A DNA stretch of 63,341 nt, filler included, from Hyphochytrium catenoides (Eukaryota > Protista > Hyphochytriomycota): assembly GCA_900088475.1 (NCBI GenBank). It is 3 parts of 3 records of this genome, joined end to end, with 100 filler letters (N's around TTAATTAATTAA, not from the genome) between each part and the next. Parts side by side here need not be neighbours in the genome. Positions count along the whole stretch, not along the records: positions 6,750 to 35,395 come from FLMG01003935.1; positions 35,496 to 63,341 come from FLMG01003383.1; 1 more part is not named here. One strand, given 5' to 3'. Below, piece by piece: positions 24,816 through 35,497 of the stretch. The notes under the pieces are model-generated. The model ran no database searches and was not told the DNA's origin. It worked only from the letters and a program-made list of their open reading frames with translations. The position numbers and the translations under genes are program-made. Position 1 is the first letter of the stretch. Each line of letters begins with the position of its first letter.

Positions 24816-27441
24816 CTATGCAAAGTCAAGGAGAGTGTCAAACAACTGCTCCGAAAGCATCTTTATGACTGGATCCCAATGGCTCCTGTTTTCCACGAGA
24901 AGACGGCGGAGTGTACTAAAGAGCTCTTGTACCGGCACAATGAATGCCGATAGGATGAGCGGCTTGCTAAGCATTTGTAGGGCTTCGTATGCCACCTATT
25001 GTGCAACAACCGTCTTTTTAGATCCCGCTTCGTTAAATACTATTTCGACAAAAGCCACAGCCAAGTACTGGGGATTCAAATATCAACGGGAAGGTTTAGA
25101 AGTTCTAATGCAGGTATTCAAAGAGAGGGTTATATAGCGGAGAATTCCTGACAAGAGAACAAGACGGAAACGAAGAGTGAGAGAGCAAATCTTTCATGTG
25201 TCTGGCTGAAGTAAGGGTATTAAGGAAAGCTAATGGACAAGGAATAGGACGGAGACCGCAGTAAACGGTGGAGGTATAACGTCTGGGAAGCTCTGTTTCT
25301 GATTACCTTAAGATGTGGGCTAGTAACCAGCCCAACAATCTTTCTTAGAAGACTGCAAAGAACCCTTTTGCAGGGTAAAGGAGAGCGCTTGCGGAGAAGC
25401 AGGTGCAGAGCCTCATCTGAAAGCTTAATGAAGAAAACCTGCCAATTAACAAGCATGAGCTCCCAGGAACCACTAACAGCACACAAACAAATCGACAGGG
25501 AGGTCCTTACCATTTGGTCGGAACCACACAGCGGCCGGCATCTCCGTATCTTATCAATTAACACCTCTGCCCTGCTAGGAAACATCTCCAGGAAAGAGAT
25601 AACAGTCTCGCCCAAGAAGCTATCCGCAGAACCTCGCAATAGATAATCCAGTGAGCGAACCATATCGTCCAACTCAAGCTCGGTCAATGTAGTGTCCGCG
25701 TGACAGAAAATATCCTCACTACACACGGGAGAACATTAGATTAGGGGACCCAAATACGACTTAAGTATGTCAGCTTGTGGCCACAATAAGCTACAAGAAA
25801 GGCAATGAAGAGATCCCAAAACTGCGTGCTCAGATTTGTTCTTACCTAACAGCTATCAGCGCCAGGAACTTAAGAATAAAGGCGAATAGCTCAATTAGGC
25901 AGGCGGCACTGGAGATCGGCTTCTTCACCTGCCCCTGAACCGCACTCGTAGGATTCACCAGCTCTCCTCTTATCTTAGCAAAGTGTTCGGCGGAAGACAT
26001 AGCAAGGGCTTTGGGGAACACTGGGCGGAGAGACGGACAGTTCTGATAGATCGCACAGAGGACCACTAAGCGTGGACTGACCGTCCGGTCGTCCTCATAG
26101 CGTATCTCGTCGATCAACTGCATGATAAGGTGGGACAAAAAATGAAGAGAGTAAGCCGAGGGCTTTCTTGAGTGCACGCTACCGATGACGAGATATAAAC
26201 AGACTCTTTTGAGTAGGTACTACGAATCCAGGCAGGCGAATATACAGAAGCACTCTCAACTAAAATGTCAGGAGGAAAGACTTTGATTGCGATTGTGGAG
26301 TAGGGCCTTCCCTAAGACGTCCACACACCTCATAGCAAAGCTCGGCGTTGAGGATGCGCTGGGCTATTTCACTCGGGGCAGCTGTACGAAGGGGGAGCGG
26401 CTGCCCTGTCTTCCTCACTTTCTCCTCGACGATCACTCGCAGGCCTTGCTGTAGAAGATCTCGGTCTAGGTCTTCCGGTTCCTCGTCTATCAGAGAGTCA
26501 TGAGGATTGTCAGAATAATTATCCGGAGAAACACCTAGTTGGCAGTGAGACAATATCAAGAGATAAAATAGGTAACCTCGGGTACAAAAAGCCGCTTACC
26601 GCTGGAGCTTGCCGAGAACATGGCCTTGGTATCCTCCGCGAGGGGATTGTCTCCAGCCAAATAGCTAGCCAGCACTTCAGCAGTTTGTTCAGCCGTCATT
26701 CTCAGGCTATCGTGATGCCGATTGTAGGGTCTTCTCGAACGGCTCCTCTTTCCAGCCTTCTTCACGGTGGGTATCAGGACATTTTCCGCTTTGGCACTGC
26801 GTCCGAAAACAGACTCGAAGACAGTGGGAAGTGGAGGAGAGCGAGAGAACTGGTCACTGGAGGATGGGACATCACTGGCCTGGCGACTGCAATAAAAGAG
26901 AAAAGGTCAGTGAGCTGCTGGCTCAACTACAAAAGGGAGTCGAAGCCCTACCTATCCGACCCATTGGACCCAATGCCAAGCGGTGCGGTACTCGTCGTCA
27001 CTGGAATAATCTCAATGCAGTTAATTCGCTTCTTCTTGGGCTTGATGACACCTGGTAAGGTAGAACAATAAGATCAAGTTTATAGGTAGAAGTCGCCGTC
27101 CACAACCTACGGTTACCTTCTCTCTCTTTTCTGTCAGCTGCAAGCTCAGAATGGACTACTTTCTGAGTGTTCTTGGAATGATCGCGGAGCTTTTTCATCT
27201 TCCTCAGAGACTTCAACTTCAAAAGGTCCACATCATCATCCTGATGGGTCGGACTAGCCGGTCTTCCAAGACCGAAGGACCCCAGGGGCTTGCAGATGCG
27301 AATTGGAGAAGAATCGACAGCCATCTGGGGAAACAGCGTGTCAACGGCACCGCATCTAATCAAATGGCTAGCTAGGGCGTTACCTTCAGCAAAACTAGTC
27401 TCTCTACCTATCGCTAGCGTTGACAGAGCCCGACCTAACAT
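24816..27441 (-). CDS. Highly divergent PP2A B56/B' regulatory-subunit-like protein with long N-terminal extension (start uncertain)
   Basis: Collinear B56-like blocks: LIDEIRYEDDR...VLCAIYQNCPSLRPVFPKAL (~LLDLFDSEDPRER..ILHRIYGKF..RPFIRKAI), AACLIELFAFIL (~IAELLEILGSII), VISFLEMFPSRAEVLIDKIRRCRP (~[24 protein letters not shown]), SPHLK|VAYEAL...NRSHWDPVI (~SSHFQVAERAL...SHWNQAV). Stop at 24816-24818. Confidence 0.72.
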
Positions 27442-29223
27442 GAGACTGATCAGACGCCGTCCATAACGATGCTCAAACAAAGACCCTATGTTGGAAAGGC
27501 ATCAACCTCACCGTATAACCTCCTTGCAGAGTACTCTTGGCGCGCAATAAACTCTTCCGGACACAATTGCGCCTTTCGGGCGATTTGCCTGTGTTCGCAA
27601 TAAGCTTCAGCTTTTCGCTGCTGGAGAATCTCGGCTTTTGATTGTGAATACGCGTTTGCGCGATTTCGAGACGGTGCCGCGAAAAAGTCTCTTCTGCTTT
27701 TCTGTGTTTCTTGACTTCAAATTTGTTGTGTGCAAGCTTAAGTTTGGGTGTCGTCAGAGTGGCGTATTACTACTAGGGTTCTCCCGTGCCCTTGGACCTT
27801 TTTCGGTGAAAAGAGGAGACAGCCCGTATTATTACTGACACCTTTTCGGGCTATGTCAGAGTGATGTAGTAGTATTTGGCTGTTAAAGACAGACTATACG
27901 TACATGTGAACAGCCCCGTATGCCAAGGTTAGAAAACGGCCCGTTCTTCCTGTCTCATCAAGGTTACAGGCAGTTGACATTTTGTGACAGGAAGAAGATG
28001 GAGGAAGACAAGAGGAACGAAGCTCTGTACTGACACTTCTGACAACGGCCAAACGCCAAAGGAGGAAAAGGAATCAATTGAAACGAAACATTAAAGTGAA
28101 GTTTATTTTTAGCCGGAGCTGCAGTCGTGGAAGAAACATACATCTTGAAACCAACATTACGAAAGTACTTCGATTTTTAAGAGATTACCTTATCTCCCAT
28201 ATTTGACTGCTTTATTTACTATCTGTAAAGTTTGAAAGGTCAAAGATGGAGGTCCACACCAGATTCCTGTTGCATCTTCACGCCACTTTGTGCCCCTCTC
28301 ATTTCGTTCTACAACTACTAGAAGGTACTTGTAGAACTTTCTCTAGGACTCTCATCAAGAGAGGAAGAAAACCCATCAAACCTTACAACCACAATCCCAA
28401 CTATCACCCGCTTTTCTGGCAGAACTTGTAAATAAAGGGGTCGTAGGAACTACTAGGAAACTAATAAGGCCCTAATAAAGGCTTACTTTATAGTGCAAAC
28501 ACAACCAAAAGAATCTTCCAGTGAATCTGGAAGAGCTCTGACTGGTCTCTATGTAAATTGACGCCTATTATTGACAAATCACATAAGACTGTCTTCCCGC
28601 ACTAGAATACAGGAGCTAATAATAGAACTAATGCAGGTTCCGCTGGTACGAATTCGGAAGTACACTGTAAATGACAGCTCTGGGCTTTGATTTGTCTCTG
28701 ATCTGGTGTCAGCAAGGCAGTTAAAGACCTTTGGCCTAGCTTTTGGTCATCTCCTTATTGAAGAAAGTGCAGATCTGTCGTCGCGGCAGGTGACTGGGAT
28801 CTTTCCCTTATTGGATTCTCTTGATGAGCTCTTGTGCAGGTTTGTTCCAACTGACGCTTCCTAGTTTTATGCACCATAGAACTACAGATCTTTGGGAAGG
28901 ATACCAGGACAGCTCGTGCGACCACGACGAATATCTGAGGAAGTTCTTCCTAGGAGAGCAAGAAAAGCCATGCAGAGGGACCGTGCGCATCAGGGTTTAT
29001 GAGCGGTCCGCCTGCCGCCTGTCTGTCCACACTACTGTTAGACTGCGACGAGTGTAGCGTAGATCCTACGTCTCTTCTATTGTCAAACTCTCTTCCCTCA
29101 CTTTATCTTCATCGTAACCTGTTCATTCAGCCGTGAGCTTATAAATAATAACATTGCGTCACTGTTTGACCACCAGAAGCAGTGAGAGTAAGCAGCCCGA
29201 GACAAGCCATTTGCTTTCATGTG

Positions 29224-32200
29224 CTATTTCGCCTTACTCTTGCTCCAAGATTTGCTCTTTTTTTCACTAACATCAGCATAGTTGCTCTCCGCTTTCTCCT
29301 GCGGTGCGGTGGTGGGGTCGAAGAAAGCGAGTTAGAAAGATCATAAACGGCTTGGAGATAGCCAACGCAAAAGATAGTAGGCATACAGAAGTGTTGCTCA
29401 AGTGCTTGTATCACATATATAGATGGAGCAGCGGCAGTCAAGAAGAGCCATCTCAGCCAGCTGAAAATGTGGCGAGCGAGCAAGGTAAAGGACAGGGAGG
29501 TTGTGGATCGTCCACCTGGACGGTGTTGATGGGGAAAGGAACACTGATGGGAGTAGAGAGCGGCCGAAATCCAATAGATAAATACGAGGAAGATCGAGAT
29601 CTCTAGACAGAGACGGAGTATGGTTGACCTAGGAAAGCACCTTGTTGCCAGGCTTGGCGATGGTGATATGTCTTTCTAGCCCTGTTCCCACGCTCTTGTG
29701 CAGAAGGCCCAACCTTTCAGCCTCCTCGTGGGCGAGCATGCGCTCAAAAGAGTTAAGAGCAGAAGAGAGATGCATTACATCTGTCCTGTCTCCCTCTGCA
29801 TACTTGCGAATCAGGTCCACCACAGAGTGCCGAACGCTAACTTCAGTGCTTCCTAAATTACAAACCCGTAGTGGTAAGCATGGGTCTCAAAAGAGAAAGC
29901 GTGAGGGAGAGAATGGACGCTGGTAGGCGGCAATCCATTCCGAAGACCTTAAGCCAATAGGGCTACGCCACAACAAGAAAGGACCCAGCAGTATCTTCGG
30001 ACCAGTTGAAATAAAGAATAGAGGACCCGGGCCCGTTCACGCGCCATGCTGGCATATCAAACACTGTCGTCAACCTTACCTCTTCCTTGCCTCTTGTGCG
30101 GTGGTGCCGCAACAGCTGGCTCCCCTACATTTTCTTGTCCGTCCTTCTCTGCTGGCTGGGCCTTGACTGTTGAAGCCACCTGGTCATCATCGTCCTCACT
30201 CTCACTACTACTAGAGCTACCACTTGTACTTCCACTGCTGGACCTTTTCCGATCGGGTATGCCTTCTCCTGCTCGCTTTGACTTCTCATCACTTTCTTTC
30301 CTAGGTCTCTTCTTTGAAGGAGCGGGGGCTTCTTCAGACTTGCGCTTACTCTGAGTCTGATTCTCTTGCTTCCGAGCTACCTCATGCTCTTCCTCATCTT
30401 CGCTGCTCTCAGAACTGATGATAGCCTCCCTGCTAGCCTTATTGGTGGATGGCATTGACTCTCTTTGGTCTACCTTTCTCGCGATCTCTGCTCCCACTTT
30501 AGCTCCCTCGCCGAAAGTGTTTTGTGCACTCCCATCTTTGTGACTTGTTCTCACTCTCTGATGGCCCTGTAATATCTTGAGAGAGTGGACACTTTGGTCG
30601 CAAGCCGCACACAAAGAGACACCGCAGGGAGAACAGGAGAACTCTCCACGGGCCTGGTCACACTCACTACAAGCGGGTAGAGAAGTGGGCGACGGCGCTT
30701 TCGCTTCCTTCCCCTTTGCGCCCGCTTCAGTTCCAGAAGGAGCTGCCTCGCTATGCAGAAACCTACCAGGAAACAACGAGGAAGATTACGATTTCATGGA
30801 AGGCAGCTTCTGGCGGTGCAGGCAGAGATAACGTGATTTACAAGAGACCCAAAGAAACAAGGCAACAGGAACATGGTCTCAGACCTGCACTTGTCGCCCC
30901 ACTTGCATGATGAGTTACTTCTAAAGTTATGGCAGACAACAGGAGTCTTATCAGCCTTCTTCTCCTTGATGTGCTGGAACCTACACAGGGGAAGTGTGAC
31001 AAGAGAAGGTCTTGAGAAAAAGAAGTCAAACAGACAATAGGAGAGGCAAAGCGAGAGGCAAAGCATCTGAGAGCCAAGCAATCGGAAGGACACCTGTGCC
31101 AGTGGAAAGGAGCAGCTACTAAGTAGCAGAGAGTGACGGAATGTTAGGAGCGTCAAGCTTGCACTGCGTACCTGCATTTTGCACCTCTTCTGCACTCTCC
31201 CCGTTGGTATTTAGCACAAATAGCCTCATATTTGATAGCTGCCTCTCCCTCGTCCTTGTTCCCATTGTCGACTTCTTTTACGGTGTCATCCGTCTTCTCT
31301 TTCTCTGATGCGGAGCTCTTCGAAGGTGTCACAATAGTAGGGCCTATAGGAGATGGCACAGCAGTAGGGCCTATAGGAGATGGCTTTATAGCAGGAAGAC
31401 TACCGGTGCTTGAGGAAGTCTTCATATGTGGGTTGGGTAAGGGAGGGGTCGGTGTTCGCAATGTAACGGGTGCGACAGGAAGATGGGCCATTGGTCTGAC
31501 ATCTCCTTCTGAGAGGGAAGATGGGCTGATAGAGCCATTAACATCATCAGCAGTCCTCACTTGAACCGTGCTCCCGTCAAGGATCTAAAATGGCAGTGAG
31601 AAGAGCCCCCATACATTGGCCGAGAGAGGCAAGCGTGCAGTAGAAAGGAGAGCACATCAGCGCCTGCCGTCGGTGATGCGGCGGATACTCAAGATAATGC
31701 AAATGAAAAGCCCAAGCACTGGCCAGATGCGGAGGAAGAGGGTATATAATGTAAGCACAAGCTAGGGATGGAGACGGCACAGAGTCCAAAAGGCAGAAGT
31801 ACGAAGAAGGAGGAGCTGGTAGAAGATAAGAAAAGGGAGGACAAGTCTCTTACTGCTCCGTCCATGGCTGCGATGGCCCTCTTCGCCGCAGAGGCTTCAG
31901 CGTAGGTGACTAAGACCAGAGAGGTGGCAGACAACCGCTCGACCTACAAGTCCCAAGAACGTAGTTAGACCATCACCCTATTCGGCTCGCGATACTGATT
32001 CTCTATATTATCTGTTCGTCTGCCTCCCTGCTCTCCTGACGCTATTTTATGACGGAGTAGTGTTACTAGAGAAACGAAAGTAGTAAGAGCGGCATGACTC
32101 ATGCCCCTACAAAGACCATCAGCTGCAAGATCTCAAGAGAGGCGACGAAGGAGACAGTCCAAGCTTTGGACCACTAAATTAGCGCTCACCTGCACTGACG

Positions 32201-32288
32201 TCATTGCCCCATAGCCCCTGAAACATGCTTCCACCGTAGCATGCGTCGTATGCGGCGACACATTGGTTACGTGTATTGTGCTCGACAT
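29224..32288 (-). CDS. Multidomain RNA-binding protein: RRM + 2 CCCH zinc fingers + B-box + R3H
   Basis: RRM: TIHVTNVSPHTTHATVEACFRGYGAM|..LVTYAEASAAKRAIAAMDG. CCCH: CAKYQRGECRRGAKCR|FQH and CHNFRSNSSCKWGDKCR|FLH. B-box: CSECDQARGEFSCSPCGVSLCAACDQSVH...H. R3H: LSSALNSFERMLAHEEAERLGLLHKSVGTG. The last exon ends KSKAK*. Confidence 0.85.
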
Positions 32289-32663
32289 GATGACGGTCAA
32301 GAAGAGATGTCCCACAGGGAAAGCGACGCAACCGAGCGCACAGAGAGAAGAAGAAGAAAGAGAAAAGCTCGAGACAAAGCTCTGGGAGGATCGTGCCACT
32401 GCTGACTAGCGACAGATTATACTGATGGCCCTTCTGCTTGAAAGAACGCGCTGAGGAAGCTTCCTAGAGCTCCTTCAATGAGAGTCTGCTTTCTGCAATG
32501 AAGAAGGGAAAGCAGACATTCTGATGACAACAGGAGACTGATGATGCTGAAACAGAGCTTTTTGCTGTCAGTGGCTGGCCAAGCAACGATCAGAAGCCAT
32601 GGATTTGCTCGCCGAGGATAATGGTATAACCCCTTTGGTGAATCACAGCTCTTCATCAATCGC

Positions 32664-32736
32664 GGTCGTATAGCTCAGTCGGTAGAGCGTAGCGCTAATA
32701 ACGCTACGGTCCAGGGTTCGAGCCCCTGTATGACCA
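32664..32736 (+). tRNA. tRNA-Ile (anticodon AAT), copy 1
   Basis: 73-nt cloverleaf GGTCGTA...TATGACC-A; D arm GCTC/GAGC; anticodon stem TAGCG/CGCTA with loop CT-AAT-AA; T loop TTCGAGC; followed by an oligo-T Pol III terminator. Confidence 0.97.
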
Positions 32737-33014
32737 TCCTTTTTTTGCCTTTATTACTGCTCCTTGAACCCTCTATCGCTAGGCTGCCGTCAGCAATAAT
32801 TACAGCTGAAAGCCATCTTCCTACTTTGGTTGGCTGAAAACGCGGTTCAAAGAGGAAGGAGAGACGGAGAGAGGAATGGTAGGAAACTGGACCCACCTCA
32901 CAGATTCTATATCAAAACGAAAGATCATACTGTAGTTATCTTATCATAAGATGCCCCCAACTAACGAACTTAGCCCTTCTTGAATGTTGTCATTTCATCC
33001 GCAGTCATCGAAGT

Positions 33015-33087
33015 GGTCGTATAGCTCAGTCGGTAGAGCGTAGCGCTAATAACGCTACGGTCCAGGGTTCGAGCCCCTGTATGACCA
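33015..33087 (+). tRNA. tRNA-Ile (anticodon AAT), copy 2
   Basis: Identical to copy 1, also followed by TCC plus a T run. Confidence 0.97.
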
Positions 33088-33645
33088 TCCTTTTTTTGCG
33101 CTCATTATATAACAATATATGAAAGGTTGCGCTCTGACATTTCCTCGGCTGAGTTCGCATCTCTGTCTTCTTTTATTATTGCTGGGCCGCTACCGCTGCT
33201 GCCGCTGCTGCTCCTTCAGAGACTGAGATCCAGGCTTCCTCCTGATCTGCTGCCCTCATCTCTCATCCGCTTTGCACTCTGCTTTTGATCTCTCTGTCTC
33301 TCTGTCTCTCTCTCTTTGTCTGTCTCTCTCTCTCTCTCTCTTTCGTGCGCGCGCGCGTTTGCTCTCGCTCTTCTGCTGCTGTTCTCTCTCTCTCTCAATC
33401 TCACAATTCGCACTCGTTAGTTGAGAAGAGGGTTTGCACTCTGTCGATGGCTTTCCATTGCTTCGTCGTCTGCCATCCTCTTGGCCTCTCTTGCTAGCAT
33501 CAGGTCTCTCTCTCTTTGCCTTTCGTCTCGATCATCTCTGCCGCTGACTTGGATTGTCCATTAACTCCATCCTCCCGTAAGCGGCAAGGAAGAAGTCTCA
33601 TTTGGCTGTTGTTTCGGTGCTAGCTAGTCCCTCTCCCTCCCCATC

Positions 33646-35140
33646 ATGGATTTTCAGGAGGGATCGCCTGGCAGACTTGAAGAGAGAGAGCTCGCTCCTC
33701 TTCCAGGCGAGGAAGGTGCAGGACGGAACGACCATGAGATCAAGATAGGTGAGGTTGGTCTGGGCAACGGCCTGCCAAGCATATCTCTCGGGCCCCTGTC
33801 GCCTGTTCCCCTTTCTCAAGAACAAGAAAGAGAATCAGCGAGGCGCTCACCTCGGCGCTCACCTCGGCATAGTACTCTGAATCTTGAAGAGATCCCTCCT
33901 TTCATAACTTCCTCCATGAAGCAAAGAAACACTCAGCAACAGAAAGATTATAAGGGAAGATGGAGAGGTTCTCTGCTTCCAAGGAGAGAAAGGAACTCTC
34001 AGCGCTACGTCCCCTCCCTCAGAGCAAAGCTCCAGGTTTGCGCCTATTCAGAAGGCTTCTCTTTCGGGCCTCTACCTCTGTACAACTATTATACGGGCTC
34101 TCCCTGGTGCTCTTCGCCCTGTTCTCTCCGTTTTCTCAGAATCCTGCTCTTCAGACGTTCCTTGCTGTCTCTACTCTATTCTTTGCCGCTCCCCTTAGCT
34201 CTCTCTTCAACTTAACTGCATCTCTCTTTCCTCTCCCTGTGTGTCTCTCTCACACCCACAATGCACCTTGATGGTTCCCTCCAGCTCTCTCTCTAACTTA
34301 ACTCTATCTCTCCTGTTTCTTTCTCTATGCTCTCTCCTCACACACGGTTGCACACACTGATCAGCTCTATCTGGCTCTATCTGTTATCTGTTGCAGTTCT
34401 ATGCTCAAGAGTACGAGCTGTATGCCAAGCTTGAGGCTGCAAATGTGATTCTCTCTATCGCCTCCTGTCTGCTCTACTTGGTCGAGGTCTACAGTGAAGA
34501 AGAAAGAGAAGACAAGCTGATGCTCTTTCTCATTGCCGGCATCATCTTGAACATTTTCTTCCTTGTAGACTTTGCCATATCTCTCTTGATGAACCAGTAC
34601 CCGTCCNNNNNNNNNNNNNNNNNNNNNNNNNNNNNNNNNNNNNNNNNNNNNNNNNNNNNNNNNNNNNNNNNNNNNNNNNNNNNNNNNNNNNNNNNNNNNN
34701 NNNNNNNNCTCTCTCTCTCTCACTTCTCTTCTCTTTCTCTCTCTCCTGTCTCTCTCTGTGACTGTCTCTATCCCGATAGAAATATTGCCTAAGAGCCTAC
34801 ATTCCTTTGTCAATCCCTTGTCTTCATGTTGTCTGTCCCCTTCCTAGAAATGACGAATTAACAGCTCATCTTGCCCATTTCTCCTCCTCCATCGGTGACT
34901 CTTCTCTTTATCACTTGCCCACGTCTCTCTTCTTCTTCCTTTTCTCCGTATCCTGCTTTAGGTCTGGTTGACTTTATCACCAGTGTCCCTTTCTTTCTCT
35001 ACCTTGTTGTGTGTCTCGGTCATGAGACACCTCTTGTGTTCCTCCTCCTGCCCCTGAGGGTGATGAAGGCTGTCAGCGTGCTGAGAATCTTACGAGTCTA
35101 TAGGAACTTCATGAGACAGAGAGAGGAGACAGTTGAACAT
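33646..35140 (+). CDS. Voltage-sensor-domain cation channel, probably a BK/Slo-like K+ channel (S1-S4 only; 3'-truncated)
   Basis: S1 NVILSIASCLLYLVEVY, S2 IILNIFFLVDFAISL, S3 GLVDFITSVPFFL, S4 LRVMKAVSVLRILRVYR with periodic basic residues. The pore is not visible because the scaffold ends; there is an internal N gap at 34607-34708. Confidence 0.72.
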
Positions 35141-35395
35141 GTAAGAAGAGTTGCGACGGGGGAACGTAGAGAGGCGGTCACGATGGGAGGAAGGAGGAGA
35201 GAAAGAAGCACTCCTTCTTCATATCGTCCCTCTTCCGTCTCTTCTACGTTCGATAAGACACTCTTTCGCGGGCTTCCTTAACGTTCCTGGGCTATGTTTC
35301 CAATCGCTCTTTCTATCGTCTGTCGTTTTCTCTGCTTGTTCTCTTTCCTCTCTCTCTCTCTCTCTCGCGCGCGCTCTCTCTCTCTCTCTCTCTCT

Positions 35396-35495
35396 NNNNN
35401 NNNNNNNNNNNNNNNNNNNNNNNNNNNNNNNNNNNNNNNTTAATTAATTAANNNNNNNNNNNNNNNNNNNNNNNNNNNNNNNNNNNNNNNNNNNN
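35396..35495. other. Artificial contig-joining linker (44 N + TTAATTAATTAA + 44 N)
   Basis: Same 100-bp design as 6650-6749; 12-mer at 35440-35451. Confidence 0.97.
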
Positions 35496-35497
35496 CT

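Noticed and set aside
31335-31386. 27-bp-period direct repeat GTAGGGCCTATAGGAGATGGC
   Set aside because: It is a small in-frame duplication (PSPIGPT x2) in a disordered linker of the RRM-CCCH gene.
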